Shown: positions 45,835 to 55,427 of the stretch, in pieces | Layout of the letters: every line of letters begins with the position of its first letter | Numbering within the stretch: position 1 is the first letter of the stretch | Source: Candidatus Latescibacterota bacterium | Lineage (GTDB): Bacteria; Latescibacterota; UBA2968; UBA8231 | DNA: 64,000 bases | Direction of reading: 5' to 3' | NCBI GenBank assembly: GCA_965203355.1 | Contig: OZ241889.1 | Span: 3,328,001 to 3,392,000, forward strand | The notes under the pieces: model-generated | Database searches by the model: none | Told to the model about the DNA's origin: nothing | Seen by the model: only the letters and a program-made list of their open reading frames with translations | Made by a program: the position numbers and the translations under genes

Positions 45835-47437
45835 GCACTTGATTGGCGGCGACCTTGTCTAAGGTCTGATGCGTCCCGTCCGGCCAGCGGATTGCCACTT
45901 GGGCGCTCGTGGCGGTGCCCAACCCGAAGTGGAGACGCGGGTCGTGGCTGGCCAGATAGCTGCCGCCGGATTGACGCTCCTGCACTTGGCGCATTCCAGC
46001 GGCGATTACCTCCACGCGCGTGCCGAGCGCATCGGGGTGCATTTTTCCCACCAACAGGATTTGCAGCCAGTGATGGGCATTGCCGCCATCGTTGCGCAAC
46101 AGCCGGGGCCGCGCCGCTACGGTGGTCACTAGCAGGTCTATATCGCCGTCGTCGTCGTAGTCGGCGACAGCGGTGGCGCGGCCGACATTGGCCTTTTGAA
46201 AATCCGGGCCCATCGCGGCCGAAACGTCGGCAAAGCGGCGGCCCGCGTCGTTGCGGAATAGCTGGTTGGGTTGCCGATAGGTCTGGCTCGAGTCCACTTC
46301 GGCAATGCGGTCGATGACGTGACCATTGGCGGCGAAGAGGTCGAGGTCGCCGTCGTTGTCGTAGTCGAAGAATTTAGTCCCAAAGCCGAGGGGGCGATAC
46401 GAGGGATCGGCCAGGCCGAGCCGCTGGGTGGCGACGGCGAATTGGCCTTGGCCGTCGTTGCGGTAGAGGGCGTTGGTCTCAAAGGCAAAGTTGGTGACGA
46501 AGAGGTCGAGGTCGCCATCGCGGTCGTAGTCGCCAAAATCAACGCCCATGCCGGCGTCGGCATGCCCGTGCTCGTTGTAGCGCGTACCAGCGGTCAAGCC
46601 CACTTCGGCGAAGGTGTTGTGCTGGTTGGCGTAGAGGAAGTTCATGGTGCCGTCGTTGGCCACGTAGATGTCGGTGTCGCCGTCGCCATCGTAGTCGGCC
46701 AGCGCAACGCCCAGCCCCTTGCCCTTGAGTGCGATGCCGACGGCCGCGGTGACGTCGGCGAAGGTGTGGCCGTCGTTGCGGTAGAGGAGGTCGCCGGTGG
46801 GATCGTACGCGCTCGGCGCGCAGTACGAGCGCACTGGCCCCTGCTGGCAGACGGCTTCGGCGTCGAGGGCGTAGCGCACGTAATTGGCGACGAACAGGTC
46901 GAGATCGCCGTCGAGATCGTAGTCGAGGAAGCCCGCACTAGAACCCCAGCGCGGGTCCGCTAGCCCAGCCGACGTTTGAGCGAAGCTGCCTTGGTCGTTG
47001 CGGTAGAGGGCGTTGGGGCCGTAGTTGGCGACGAATAGGTCGGTGTCGCCATCGCCATCGTAGTCCGCGGTCGCGACGCCAAAGCCGTAGCCGGGGTCGG
47101 CGCTGCCGCTGTGGGCGGTGACGTCGGCGAAGGTGCCCGCGCCCGCGTTGCGATAGAGCCGATTGACCGGCCGTGGCTCCGGGGCATGGCCGGTCAGATA
47201 GGTGCCGTTGGCGAGGTAGAGGTCGAGGCGGCCGTCGCCATCGTAGTCGAGGAAGGCGGCTCCAGCCCCGAAGGTTTCGACGTAATAGTATGCGCCGGAA
47301 AAGCCATTGTAGTGGACGAAGTCGATGCCAGCGGCGTCCCCGGCATCGGCCAAATGCACTGGGGGTGCTGGGGGGGCTTTAGGGGCACAGGCGCAGAGGA
47401 TGCTGGCGAGGGCCAGCCCTCGCATCTTGTCGTTCAT
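45812..47437 (-). CDS. CRTAC1/ASPIC-UnbV family FG-GAP repeat protein
   Basis: Multiple DYDGDGDxDL repeats, NRLYRN, C-terminal GGSYLASHDPRLHFGLG; start may be 47425. Confidence 0.9.
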   Translation of the reverse strand: MNDKMRGLALASILCACAPKAPPAPPVHLADAGDAAGIDFVHYNGFSGAYYYVETFGAGAAFLDYDGDGRLDLYLANGTYLTGHAPEPRPVNRLYRNAGAGTFADVTAHSGSADPGYGFGVATADYDGDGDTDLFVANYGPNALYRNDQGSFAQTSAGLADPRWGSSAGFLDYDLDGDLDLFVANYVRYALDAEAVCQQGPVRSYCAPSAYDPTGDLLYRNDGHTFADVTAAVGIALKGKGLGVALADYDGDGDTDIYVANDGTMNFLYANQHNTFAEVGLTAGTRYNEHGHADAGMGVDFGDYDRDGDLDLFVTNFAFETNALYRNDGQGQFAVATQRLGLADPSYRPLGFGTKFFDYDNDGDLDLFAANGHVIDRIAEVDSSQTYRQPNQLFRNDAGRRFADVSAAMGPDFQKANVGRATAVADYDDDGDIDLLVTTVAARPRLLRNDGGNAHHWLQILLVGKMHPDALGTRVEVIAAGMRQVQERQSGGSYLASHDPRLHFGLGTATSAQVAIRWPDGTHQTLDKVAANQVLKVVQPR

Positions 47438-47665
47438 CAAACAGCCAGCGACCGTCGTGCGACAGACAAATTCCCGCGCCGGACCAGCCTAGCGCCGTAG
47501 TTGCAAATCACGTGATTGCTCTCGGTGGAGTGTGAGGGGCCTTTGAACGGTAATAAAATATATAGGCCGCCGCGTTTGCCAGCGGATGCGCACTCCCGCT
47601 TGCGCGACGGGGATGCGGATTATTTAATGGTGGCGTCACTTAACCCCTAAACAGGAGAATGGACC

Positions 47666-47857
47666 ATGCCGTTTATCAGCGTGAAGATGCTCGCGGGGCG
47701 TTCTGTCGAGCAGAAGCGGGCCTTAGTGGAAGCACTGACCGAGGCCATAGTGGATACCTGTAACGCGCCCCGCGAGGGGACGACGGTCGTGCTTGAAGAA
47801 TGCGAGCGCGAGCACTGGGCCATTGGTGGGGTGCTGGTGGCGGACCGCCCGCAATAA
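47666..47857 (+). CDS. 4-oxalocrotonate tautomerase family protein
   Basis: Pro after Met, GRSVEQKRALV, HWAIGG; AGGAG SD; 63 aa. Confidence 0.92.
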   Translation: MPFISVKMLAGRSVEQKRALVEALTEAIVDTCNAPREGTTVVLEECEREHWAIGGVLVADRPQ

Positions 47858-48079
47858 GGTGGACGCCGCCGCGGACGTGGAAGGACGGCCGAGCGGACCT
47901 CCTCGTCCGTCAGCATCCTATCGCTTGAGGGCTGCTTCCCGAACAGCCAGATCATCGAATAGAAGGGATGCGGCCAGTATGGCTTTATGCTGGCGTTCGG
48001 CTAATTATCGCGAATTTAGGTCTTAATAAGGCATCCTTTTCAACGACTGAGGCTTCGACGCTTTGAGGTAAGCAACAGT

Positions 48080-48202
48080 ATGCTAAAGACCTGTATCCAG
48101 CTTGTGCTGACGCTGGCTTGGCTGGTAGGCGGGGCAGACGAGTGTAGCGGCTCACCGGTCGCGTATCTTTTGGTGCTTGCGGTTGGCGGGCTATTGCACT
48201 GA
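48080..48202 (+). CDS. Possible 40-aa hydrophobic small protein or gene remnant
   Basis: GAGGT SD-like; MLKTCIQLVLTLAWLVGGADECSGSPVAYLLVLAVGGLLH. Confidence 0.35.
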   Translation: MLKTCIQLVLTLAWLVGGADECSGSPVAYLLVLAVGGLLH

Positions 48203-48236
48203 AGAGGAAGGCCGGGATGGCGTAATGGTCGCCGCG

Positions 48237-49942
48237 TTAGACCCTGTGGCCGTGTTGCCCTCGCATGTAAAAGGTGCCGTTTGGGTTCATGCCGGGGAAT
48301 CTCCACGTGCCGGGGTTGATGGGCCAAGGTAGAACATCGGCGCGATCTGCCCATTCGCGGTAGCCCTGTTCCATTTCCCGAACCCGGTCTTTTTCTCGCT
48401 CTGCTAAGTTGTCGAGTTCGGTGCGATCTTCTTCCATGTTGTAGAGTTCCCAGTCGCCTGGGCCGCTGGTTTCGCAGACTAGTTTCCACGGCCCGCGGCG
48501 GATGGCGGCATTGCCCTCGTGTTCCCAGTACATAGGCTTTTCGCGCGACCATTCGCGGCCTTTGAGGAGCGCGAGGAAGCTCTCGCCTTCGAGGGGCGTA
48601 ATGGCGTGGCTGTCGTATTCGGCGGGATAGGATGCGTCGGCCGCGTCGATGAGGGTGGCGGTGATGTCGATGATCTGGGCCGGGGTGTGCGTCAAGTCGG
48701 GTTGTTTGATGGTGGCTGGCCAACGGACAATACAGGGGGTGGCGATGCCGCCTTCGTGGACCCAGCGCTTGTAGCATGACTGCTTCAAATGCTTTAACTT
48801 TCACCCTGACCGGTGGCGATGCCGCCTTCGTGGACCCAGCGCTTGTAGCGGCGGAAAGGGGTGGTGCTGACATTGGCCCAAGGCACGTCATAGCTCATGT
48901 ACGTATCCGCGGCGCCGGGCATCAGGCCGGGGATGTTGCCCATTTGCACGGGTCGCCCGTCGTGCGTCGTCAAGCCCGGCAAAAAGACCCAGTCAATGCG
49001 GTTGCCGTCCTCGCACAAGAATTCAGCGCAGCCGCCGTTGTCCGAGAGGAAAACGACTATGGTGTTATGCTCCACGTTGAGTTCGCGGAGTTTGGCGAGG
49101 ATGCGACCGATGCCTTGGTCCATGCGATCGACTTGCGCTGCGTACACGGCCATGCGCCGGTCTTCCCAGTCTGGGTCGGCCACTTCATGCCAAGGAGGGG
49201 CGTCCGCATCGCGGGGCGATATGTCCCAGTGGGCGCTGACGATTTCTAGGGCTTTGAGCGTTTCGTGTCGAGCGGTGCGGGCTGCGTCCCAGCCGCCTTT
49301 GCGGTACTGGCCTTGGTAGCGGGCGATGTCCTCTTCAAAGGCGTGGAGCGGCCAGTGCGGTGCTGTGTACGCAACGTACATGAAGAAGGGCTGGTCGGTG
49401 CTTTCGGCGATGAAGTCAACGGCGTGGTCGGCGATGGCGTCGGTGAGGTAGAAGTCGGTGGGGTCGGCGTCGATAGGTTGGCCGTCGAGGGTGCAGGTGC
49501 GCCCGCCAAAGTAGCCGCTGTTGGCGCCGAGGCCAAACAGGCGGTCGAAGCCGTGCTGCATCTCGGGGGGGATGTCGGTGCTGGCGGGTCTTTTGCCGCA
49601 GTGCCACTTGCCCGACATTAGCGTGCGATAGCCGCGCTCCTTGAGCACTTGGGCGATGGAGACGGCCGAGTGGCGCAGGTAGCCGCCATAACCGGGGGCG
49701 TTGGGGATGCCGCCGGCCATGTGGCCGATGCCGGCTTGGTGTGGATAGAGACCGGTCAGCAGGGCCGCGCGCGAAGGGCAGCACCGGGCGAAATTGTACA
49801 TCTGCGAGAAGCGCAGCCCCTCGGCGGCGAGGCGGTCTAGGTTGGGGGTGCGGATTTCTGAGCCGTAGCAGCCGAGGTCGGAATAGCCCATGTCGTCGGC
49901 GAGGATGAGGACGATGTTGGGACGCTGGGACGCGGTGGTCAT
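48237..49942 (-). pseudogene. Arylsulfatase disrupted by a 74-bp insertion
   Basis: RPNIVLILADDMG, CCPSRAALLTG, SGKWH, FLSDNGG, WELYNM; removing 74 bp at 48776-48849 restores one 543-aa frame. Confidence 0.92.
48738..48849. repeat. 38-bp exact direct repeat flanking a 36-bp unique insert (repeat-spacer-repeat)
   Basis: GGTGGCGATGCCGCCTTCGTGGACCCAGCGCTTGTAGC at 48738-48775 and 48812-48849; insert ATGACTGCTTCAAATGCTTTAACTTTCACCCTGACC. Confidence 0.95.
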
Positions 49943-50022
49943 GGCGGAACTCCTGCTGGGCAAGTTGGGAATTCAGAATTGCGAATTAAATTAACAATTT
50001 TTAAAAAGAAAGAAGATGTTTT

Positions 50023-50958
50023 ATGGCTATAAAGCATGGATTGACCGCCGAGGAACGCGCAAAGTATGCACAAGACGGGTTCTTTATTCGCTCAGCTGCC
50101 TTTGATGCTTGTGAGATGGATGCACTGCGCGACAGCATCGAAGCACTCGTAGAACTCATCGAGACTGCTGACGTGTTGACGGAAAAACAAAAGCAAATAA
50201 TTCTGAAGCGCAATGTCAGAACCGAGGTGCCCTCTGGGCCTGCGTCCTTAAACAGTATATGGCGACTTCACACGTTCAGCGCATTGGTGCGATCGCACAT
50301 TCGCGACCCAAGGCGACTGGATGCGGTTGCCGAGATCGTCGGGCGCGATTTGTTCTGTCCAAACGATCTGTATTTTTTCAAACCCCCGGGCACCGGGCGG
50401 CCTATTGCGTGGCATCAGGACTCGTGGTATTTCCGCAATACGTATGTCAGTAGCATCGGCGACGCTATAGACCAATCGACGATTGGAACTTGGCTGGCGC
50501 TCGATGGTGCAGATGAAGAAAACGGATGCTTGTGGGTGATCCCCGGCAGTCACCGCTTGGGCGTGATAGATCACCGTCAGGTCGAGAGCGATGATTATCT
50601 ATTGCAAAAAAGAGTGACCGTGGCCGACGAGATGGAAGAACAGGCCATACCGGTAGCCGTGCCAAAGGGTGCCTTGGTGTTTTTTAACAATGCGCTATTG
50701 CACCGCAGTACACCCAATAGATCCGATCGGTTTCGGCGGGCTTATATCGTGCATTACATGAAGGCGACTATCCAACATGCTGGGAACAGACAAAGGATTC
50801 CCGAAGGCGCGGAGCATTGGGGCACACCTGAGATGTACATCTGCGGACGGCAATTGCCCGGGTGCGTACAAACAACGCTTGAGAAAGACAGCATGGATTG
50901 GGACAAAGCGTTGGAACGGACCTTGACAGAAGATGACATTAGGGTTTCGGAGCCGTAG
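50023..50958 (+). CDS. Phytanoyl-CoA dioxygenase (PhyH) family protein
   Basis: FFKPPG..AWHQDSWY, WLALD..ENGCLWVIPGSH, LLHRSTPNRS. Confidence 0.92.
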   Translation: MAIKHGLTAEERAKYAQDGFFIRSAAFDACEMDALRDSIEALVELIETADVLTEKQKQIILKRNVRTEVPSGPASLNSIWRLHTFSALVRSHIRDPRRLDAVAEIVGRDLFCPNDLYFFKPPGTGRPIAWHQDSWYFRNTYVSSIGDAIDQSTIGTWLALDGADEENGCLWVIPGSHRLGVIDHRQVESDDYLLQKRVTVADEMEEQAIPVAVPKGALVFFNNALLHRSTPNRSDRFRRAYIVHYMKATIQHAGNRQRIPEGAEHWGTPEMYICGRQLPGCVQTTLEKDSMDWDKALERTLTEDDIRVSEP

Positions 50959-50969
50959 CAGCCGAAGCC

Positions 50970-51230
50970 GAGGGAGTCCAGCTTTTTGATTTGGCAACAG
51001 ATCCCAGCGAGACCCGAGATGTATCGGAGGACCCGGCATACGCTTCAGTGGTAGCCGACATGAAAGCCCGGCTGCGGGCGGAACGCGAAAAAGCGGGCCT
51101 GACAGACGAAATAGAACGACAGATTTTTAATAGCGGAAACGTAACACACACGCGCAAACAGATGAATGCATTGCTGGCGATGGTACATGCCAATACCGCC
51201 GAGAACCAGCCCGCTTCTCGTCGGGGTTGA
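50970..51230 (+). pseudogene. Orphan C-terminal remnant of a sulfatase
   Basis: EGVQLFDLATDPSETRDVSEDPAYASVVADMKARL, typical sulfatase tail, without N-terminal part. Confidence 0.65.
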
Positions 51231-51307
51231 TAGGCTAGAACACAGAAGCCGGTGCGACATTTCCTTTCACCGTATATGTTCAGCCGTTTGTCTAACGAGG
51301 AGACGAT

Positions 51308-53124
51308 ATGTACGAGCAATTAGCAATACACTACGAAGGGCAGACCGAATTCGTCGCCACCGATCAGCAACCCAAACCCTTGCGGCTATTTGTCACTTGT
51401 CCGGCGGGCTTGGAAGCGGGTGCCGACGTGCGCGTTTCGATCAGTTCGTTTCATTCCTATTCTCGCCAGTGGACGCTTGCAGATCCTTTTGTCGAAGGAG
51501 GGGAGGGCGTGGTGGTGTTGGGGCACGGGTTGGCACGCGACTGGACCGACATGACGCGGGGCGGCGATGGGCCGGCTGGTGGTGGATTGGTGGGAAGGCC
51601 GATCAACGAACTCTACTTGTGTACCATTCAAGTTACCAAATCGCTGGGCGCGGGCGCGCGGCTGGTCTTTCCCTTTGGCGTGGTGCCGTCGCCGCACGCG
51701 GATATAAGCGGGGCCCTGCAAGTGCGAGTGCGACGACCTGAAGCCGAGGTTTTCGAGAAAGTGGGCGATCCCATGCCGCTGAGTAATGCGCCCGGTCCTC
51801 TGACGCGGCTGGAAGGGCGAGTCTCGGCTACGGCGGATGCACAGGGAAAGCGTCGGGCCGTAGTCTTTGCGACGGACGATCATCTCAATCCAATACCCGG
51901 CTACCGGGGGCGGTAACTCTACAGGCCGATGGCTCGGTCGCCGGGCTACCCGCCGAAGTGGAGATTGGCGCTGATGGGCGGGGCGTGGTGGAGGGCATGG
52001 CCGTGCAGGCCGAGGGCCCCGTCCGCATCACCGTGCGCGATGTGGAGCGCGGTTTAGCCGCGCAGAGCGGTCCGGCGCGTGTAGTCGGCGTGCGCGGGCA
52101 CTACTTCGGCGGCATCCACTTTCACACGCGGCTTTCGGTGGATGGCGATCGAGAGCCGCGTGCGGCCTACGCCTATGCCCGCGACTTTCTCAACCTCGAC
52201 GTGATCGCGATGACCGACCACGCGCCCATTGGCCCGGGATGGGCCGAGTGCTTGGCGGTCAATGAGGAATTTTACGAGCCGGGTCGCTTTGTGACGATCC
52301 CGGCGTGGGAAAGCTCCAATGCCTACGGGCACGCCAACCTCTATTTGCGGACGCCCGCAGTCGATGGCGGCACTTGGCACTGGCAACCGGATCTGTGCCC
52401 CTCGGAAGTGGTTTGGGACGCGGACGTGGTCATGGTGCCGCATCACCCCAACTGCGGCCAGCCCATCGAGTACGGCAAGCACCGCGCGGTCATGGGCAAG
52501 ACGTTTTACTGGTCGCAATACCACTGGGAATTTCCCAACCAGCGCGCCAGACTGGTGGAAATCGTCCAAGGGCGGGGCAATTTTGAAGCCGACGCCCCGG
52601 ACGAGTACTGGGGTATTCGCCTAGGCGCGTTGGGTGCTTCGGTGCAGGACGCTTTTGCCCAAGGCTGGCGCTTGGGGTTTGTGGCCGGGACCGACAATCA
52701 TCAGGGACACCCAACGCAAAAGCCGGGCGGCTACGTGGGGATGACCTGCTTCCGGGCGACGGAGTTGACCCGCGAGGCCGTGTGGCAGGCGATGGACGAG
52801 CGCTGGACCTACGCGACTTCGGGGGTGCCGATCGTCTGCGATTATACCGTCAATGGGGTGCGCTCGGGCGCGGCGGGTGGGCTGGCAGCCGGTGAAAAGG
52901 TGCATTTTTCCGCTAGCCTACACGGGACGGCGCCGATTGAGCGAGTGGAAATCATGGCCAACGGGCGGTGCGTCTGGCACGACGCGCCCAATGCTTGGGA
53001 CGTGGAAATCGACGGAGCCGAGTTGCCCGCACCCGAGGGCGCGTGGGCCTATTACTATCTGCGGCTGCGGCAACAGGATGGGCACCGGGCGTGGCTGAGT
53101 CCGGTGTGGTTGGATCGAGGATGA
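51308..53124 (+). pseudogene. DUF3604/PHP-like metallohydrolase split by a single-base frameshift
   Basis: GIHFHT..DG, MTDH, PHH, GTDNH..HP, AWLSPVW; G5 at 51906-51910, one extra G would fuse both ORFs (YRGAVTLQADG). Confidence 0.78.
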
Positions 53125-53153
53125 ACCGAGGATGCGCTTGGAGCGGTGAGCGG

Positions 53154-55052
53154 TTAGAAATAGTAAAATGAATAGACCAAAGACGAGCCCCCCACGCCGA
53201 CGCAAGCTCCCATGATAAACCCCAAAAAGAGCGGCCGCATCTTTCGGTAGAGCACGACCCCTCCGTAGCTGATCAGAACCGATTTAACAAGCCAAGCGAG
53301 GAACATCCCAAACCAATCGCCGCGCACGGTATTGGTCAGGGCTACGGCCAGCCCCACCGGATGCAGTGGCCAGCCGGCCAGGCGATGCTGGGCGAAGGAA
53401 AGCAGTCCGGCGAGTCCCGCGCCAATGCCAGTAAATAGGGTGGTCAGGTGTTGCGGCGGGTGCGGGTTATTGACCGTTTTGGCGACCCAACCCCACTTGC
53501 TCAGCGGCGAGTTGATGTAGTACCAGCGGAAGCCGTGCATCATACCGTGCTGATAGCCTAGCCATATATAGACCACGATGGTGGTGACCGCGCTGACCAC
53601 GAGGGCGGAGGCGAGGAAGAACAGCAGCTTGCGGGCACTGATCTTTTCCTTGACTTCCTCGCAGACCTTGAAGGCGTGGGCCATCGTGCCCATGAAGAAC
53701 AGTTGCACGTCCGCGGCCCAGACCATGTTGAGCCCCATAGCGGTGAGTCCCTTATCGCCGAAATAAGCCGTGCCGAAGATGTTGGTAAAAAGCGGCGGGA
53801 TGGAATGGGGCGCGCGCAGCCGCCCCAAGCCGGTTTGCACCAGCAAGCGCGCGGTGCCCAAAAATACCAACAGCGCGACCAGCAAAAAGGCCAAGCTCCA
53901 GCCGAGGGAGAGTCCAGTGGCGTGAAGGAAGTACGCCATATAGCCCAAGCCGCCCACTCCCATAAGCGCCGAGATGCGCGGCGAGGGCAGGTGTGAGTCC
54001 GGGCCTTTTGCGCCGCTGGCGATAGCGTGCCACTGGTTTTTGAGAAAGTCGCGCGAAATCCACAGCGACGAGAGGATCAAAAAGATGAGGGCTCCCATCT
54101 GCTGATGCGACATCAGCACGGAGACCTGCTGGTGCGGCTGGGCCGGGAGGTTGACGACAACGCCTAAAAAGCCCAACAGGCCGTGTTCGAGATAGACGAG
54201 GATGTGAAAGAGCCAGACGCTCAAGAGCACATTGAGGTTGAGCAGATAGCCTAGGCCGACGACGAGGAAGTTGACGTTGAGCCCATAGGAGATACCGAGG
54301 CGGCGCAAAAAAATGCGCGTGGACGGGATGCCGAAGTTGTCAATGGTCTCAAAGTCGAACACTTGGTCGAGCATGTTGACGGTCGGGATGAGCGCGGCGA
54401 TGAAAAAACCGACCCAGAACAGCGGATTCCGAAAGAGGCTTTTAGCTGGATTTTCCACGCTCTCGACCATCGCCGTTGGCACTACGGCCAAGGGATAGAC
54501 CAAGCGCTCGCGGCTGGCCCACTGGTGATGGAGCAGGGCGATGAGCGAGAAACTGATCAAGAAGAAGGCGACCATGAACAGGCCCCAGAAGACAGCCGGG
54601 CCGAGCCAAGCGTCCCACGGCAGCGGCGCCCCGGCGGGCGCTCCCTCGAAGAGGTTGCGAATCATCGCTAGGTCGCGTGGAGCGGCCCAGTCGGGAATGT
54701 AGTCCCAGAGCAGTTCGCGCCAGTTGTTTTCCGGGGTGGCGTAGTAGAAGACGCCAGCGAGCAGGGGAATAAAATAACCGCCAAAGCCCATAGTCGGCAT
54801 GACTGTGGCCACCATCAGCGCGGCGTAGATGAGGGCAAAAGTCGAAGTCGGCAGCCGCAGGAAGGGCCGAATCAGCGCGAGCAGGAGGGCGGTAAGCGCG
54901 ACCCAGAACAGGGCGAAGATAACGCCAACGGTGTTGAAGTGGTCGGCGTAGCCCGAGTAGTGGTCGAGCAGGATGTAGCTGCGCACCCCAATGAAGTTGT
55001 GGCCGACGCACAGCGCCATGGCCAGCGTCCATTCGAGGGCCGAGCGCATCAC
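53154..55052 (-). CDS. DUF6785/DUF6784-type polytopic membrane protein (copy 3)
   Basis: YYATPENNW, QW..ERLVYPL, GWPLHPVG, SYGG..PLFLGFIMG. Confidence 0.8.
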   Translation of the reverse strand: MMRSALEWTLAMALCVGHNFIGVRSYILLDHYSGYADHFNTVGVIFALFWVALTALLLALIRPFLRLPTSTFALIYAALMVATVMPTMGFGGYFIPLLAGVFYYATPENNWRELLWDYIPDWAAPRDLAMIRNLFEGAPAGAPLPWDAWLGPAVFWGLFMVAFFLISFSLIALLHHQWASRERLVYPLAVVPTAMVESVENPAKSLFRNPLFWVGFFIAALIPTVNMLDQVFDFETIDNFGIPSTRIFLRRLGISYGLNVNFLVVGLGYLLNLNVLLSVWLFHILVYLEHGLLGFLGVVVNLPAQPHQQVSVLMSHQQMGALIFLILSSLWISRDFLKNQWHAIASGAKGPDSHLPSPRISALMGVGGLGYMAYFLHATGLSLGWSLAFLLVALLVFLGTARLLVQTGLGRLRAPHSIPPLFTNIFGTAYFGDKGLTAMGLNMVWAADVQLFFMGTMAHAFKVCEEVKEKISARKLLFFLASALVVSAVTTIVVYIWLGYQHGMMHGFRWYYINSPLSKWGWVAKTVNNPHPPQHLTTLFTGIGAGLAGLLSFAQHRLAGWPLHPVGLAVALTNTVRGDWFGMFLAWLVKSVLISYGGVVLYRKMRPLFLGFIMGACVGVGGSSLVYSFYYF

Positions 55053-55267
55053 TTGCTTCCCTGCCGCCCGGCCTCCCAGTCGTCGATCAACGCACGGAAG
55101 TTGTCCAAGCCGATAAAACGGGGGTCCTTGGTCCAGCCAGACCAGTCGGTCAGGCCGTAGGCAAACCCGAGCAGGGTCGGTAGAGCGAAAAAGGCTAGGT
55201 AGAGGAATACGGCGGGGCCGCAGAGCAGGACGGAGGCCGTGGATTTTTCGCTGAAAGCTCGCTGCAT
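55049..55267 (-). pseudogene. N-terminal remnant of a carbohydrate ABC permease
   Basis: PAVFLYLAFFALP..YGLTDWSG..FIGLDNFRAL then ends after about 12 residues. Confidence 0.7.
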
Positions 55268-55427
55268 GGCGCAGGTGTAGTAACCAAAGGGGCCGCGGAT
55301 GTCAAGCGGCGGCCGGGCCTTTTCGACTCGGCGGCGCTCGGCCTGACAGGCTATATGCGCGAAGTACTGACGCGGTACCGCAGGCACAATGCGGCCGGGG
55401 AGCGTCGAGGAGCAAAAAAGCCCGAGC

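Noticed and set aside
48738-48849. Bona fide CRISPR array
   Set aside because: Only two repeats, no leader or cas genes, and the repeat is sulfatase coding sequence; reported as a putative ectopic integration instead.
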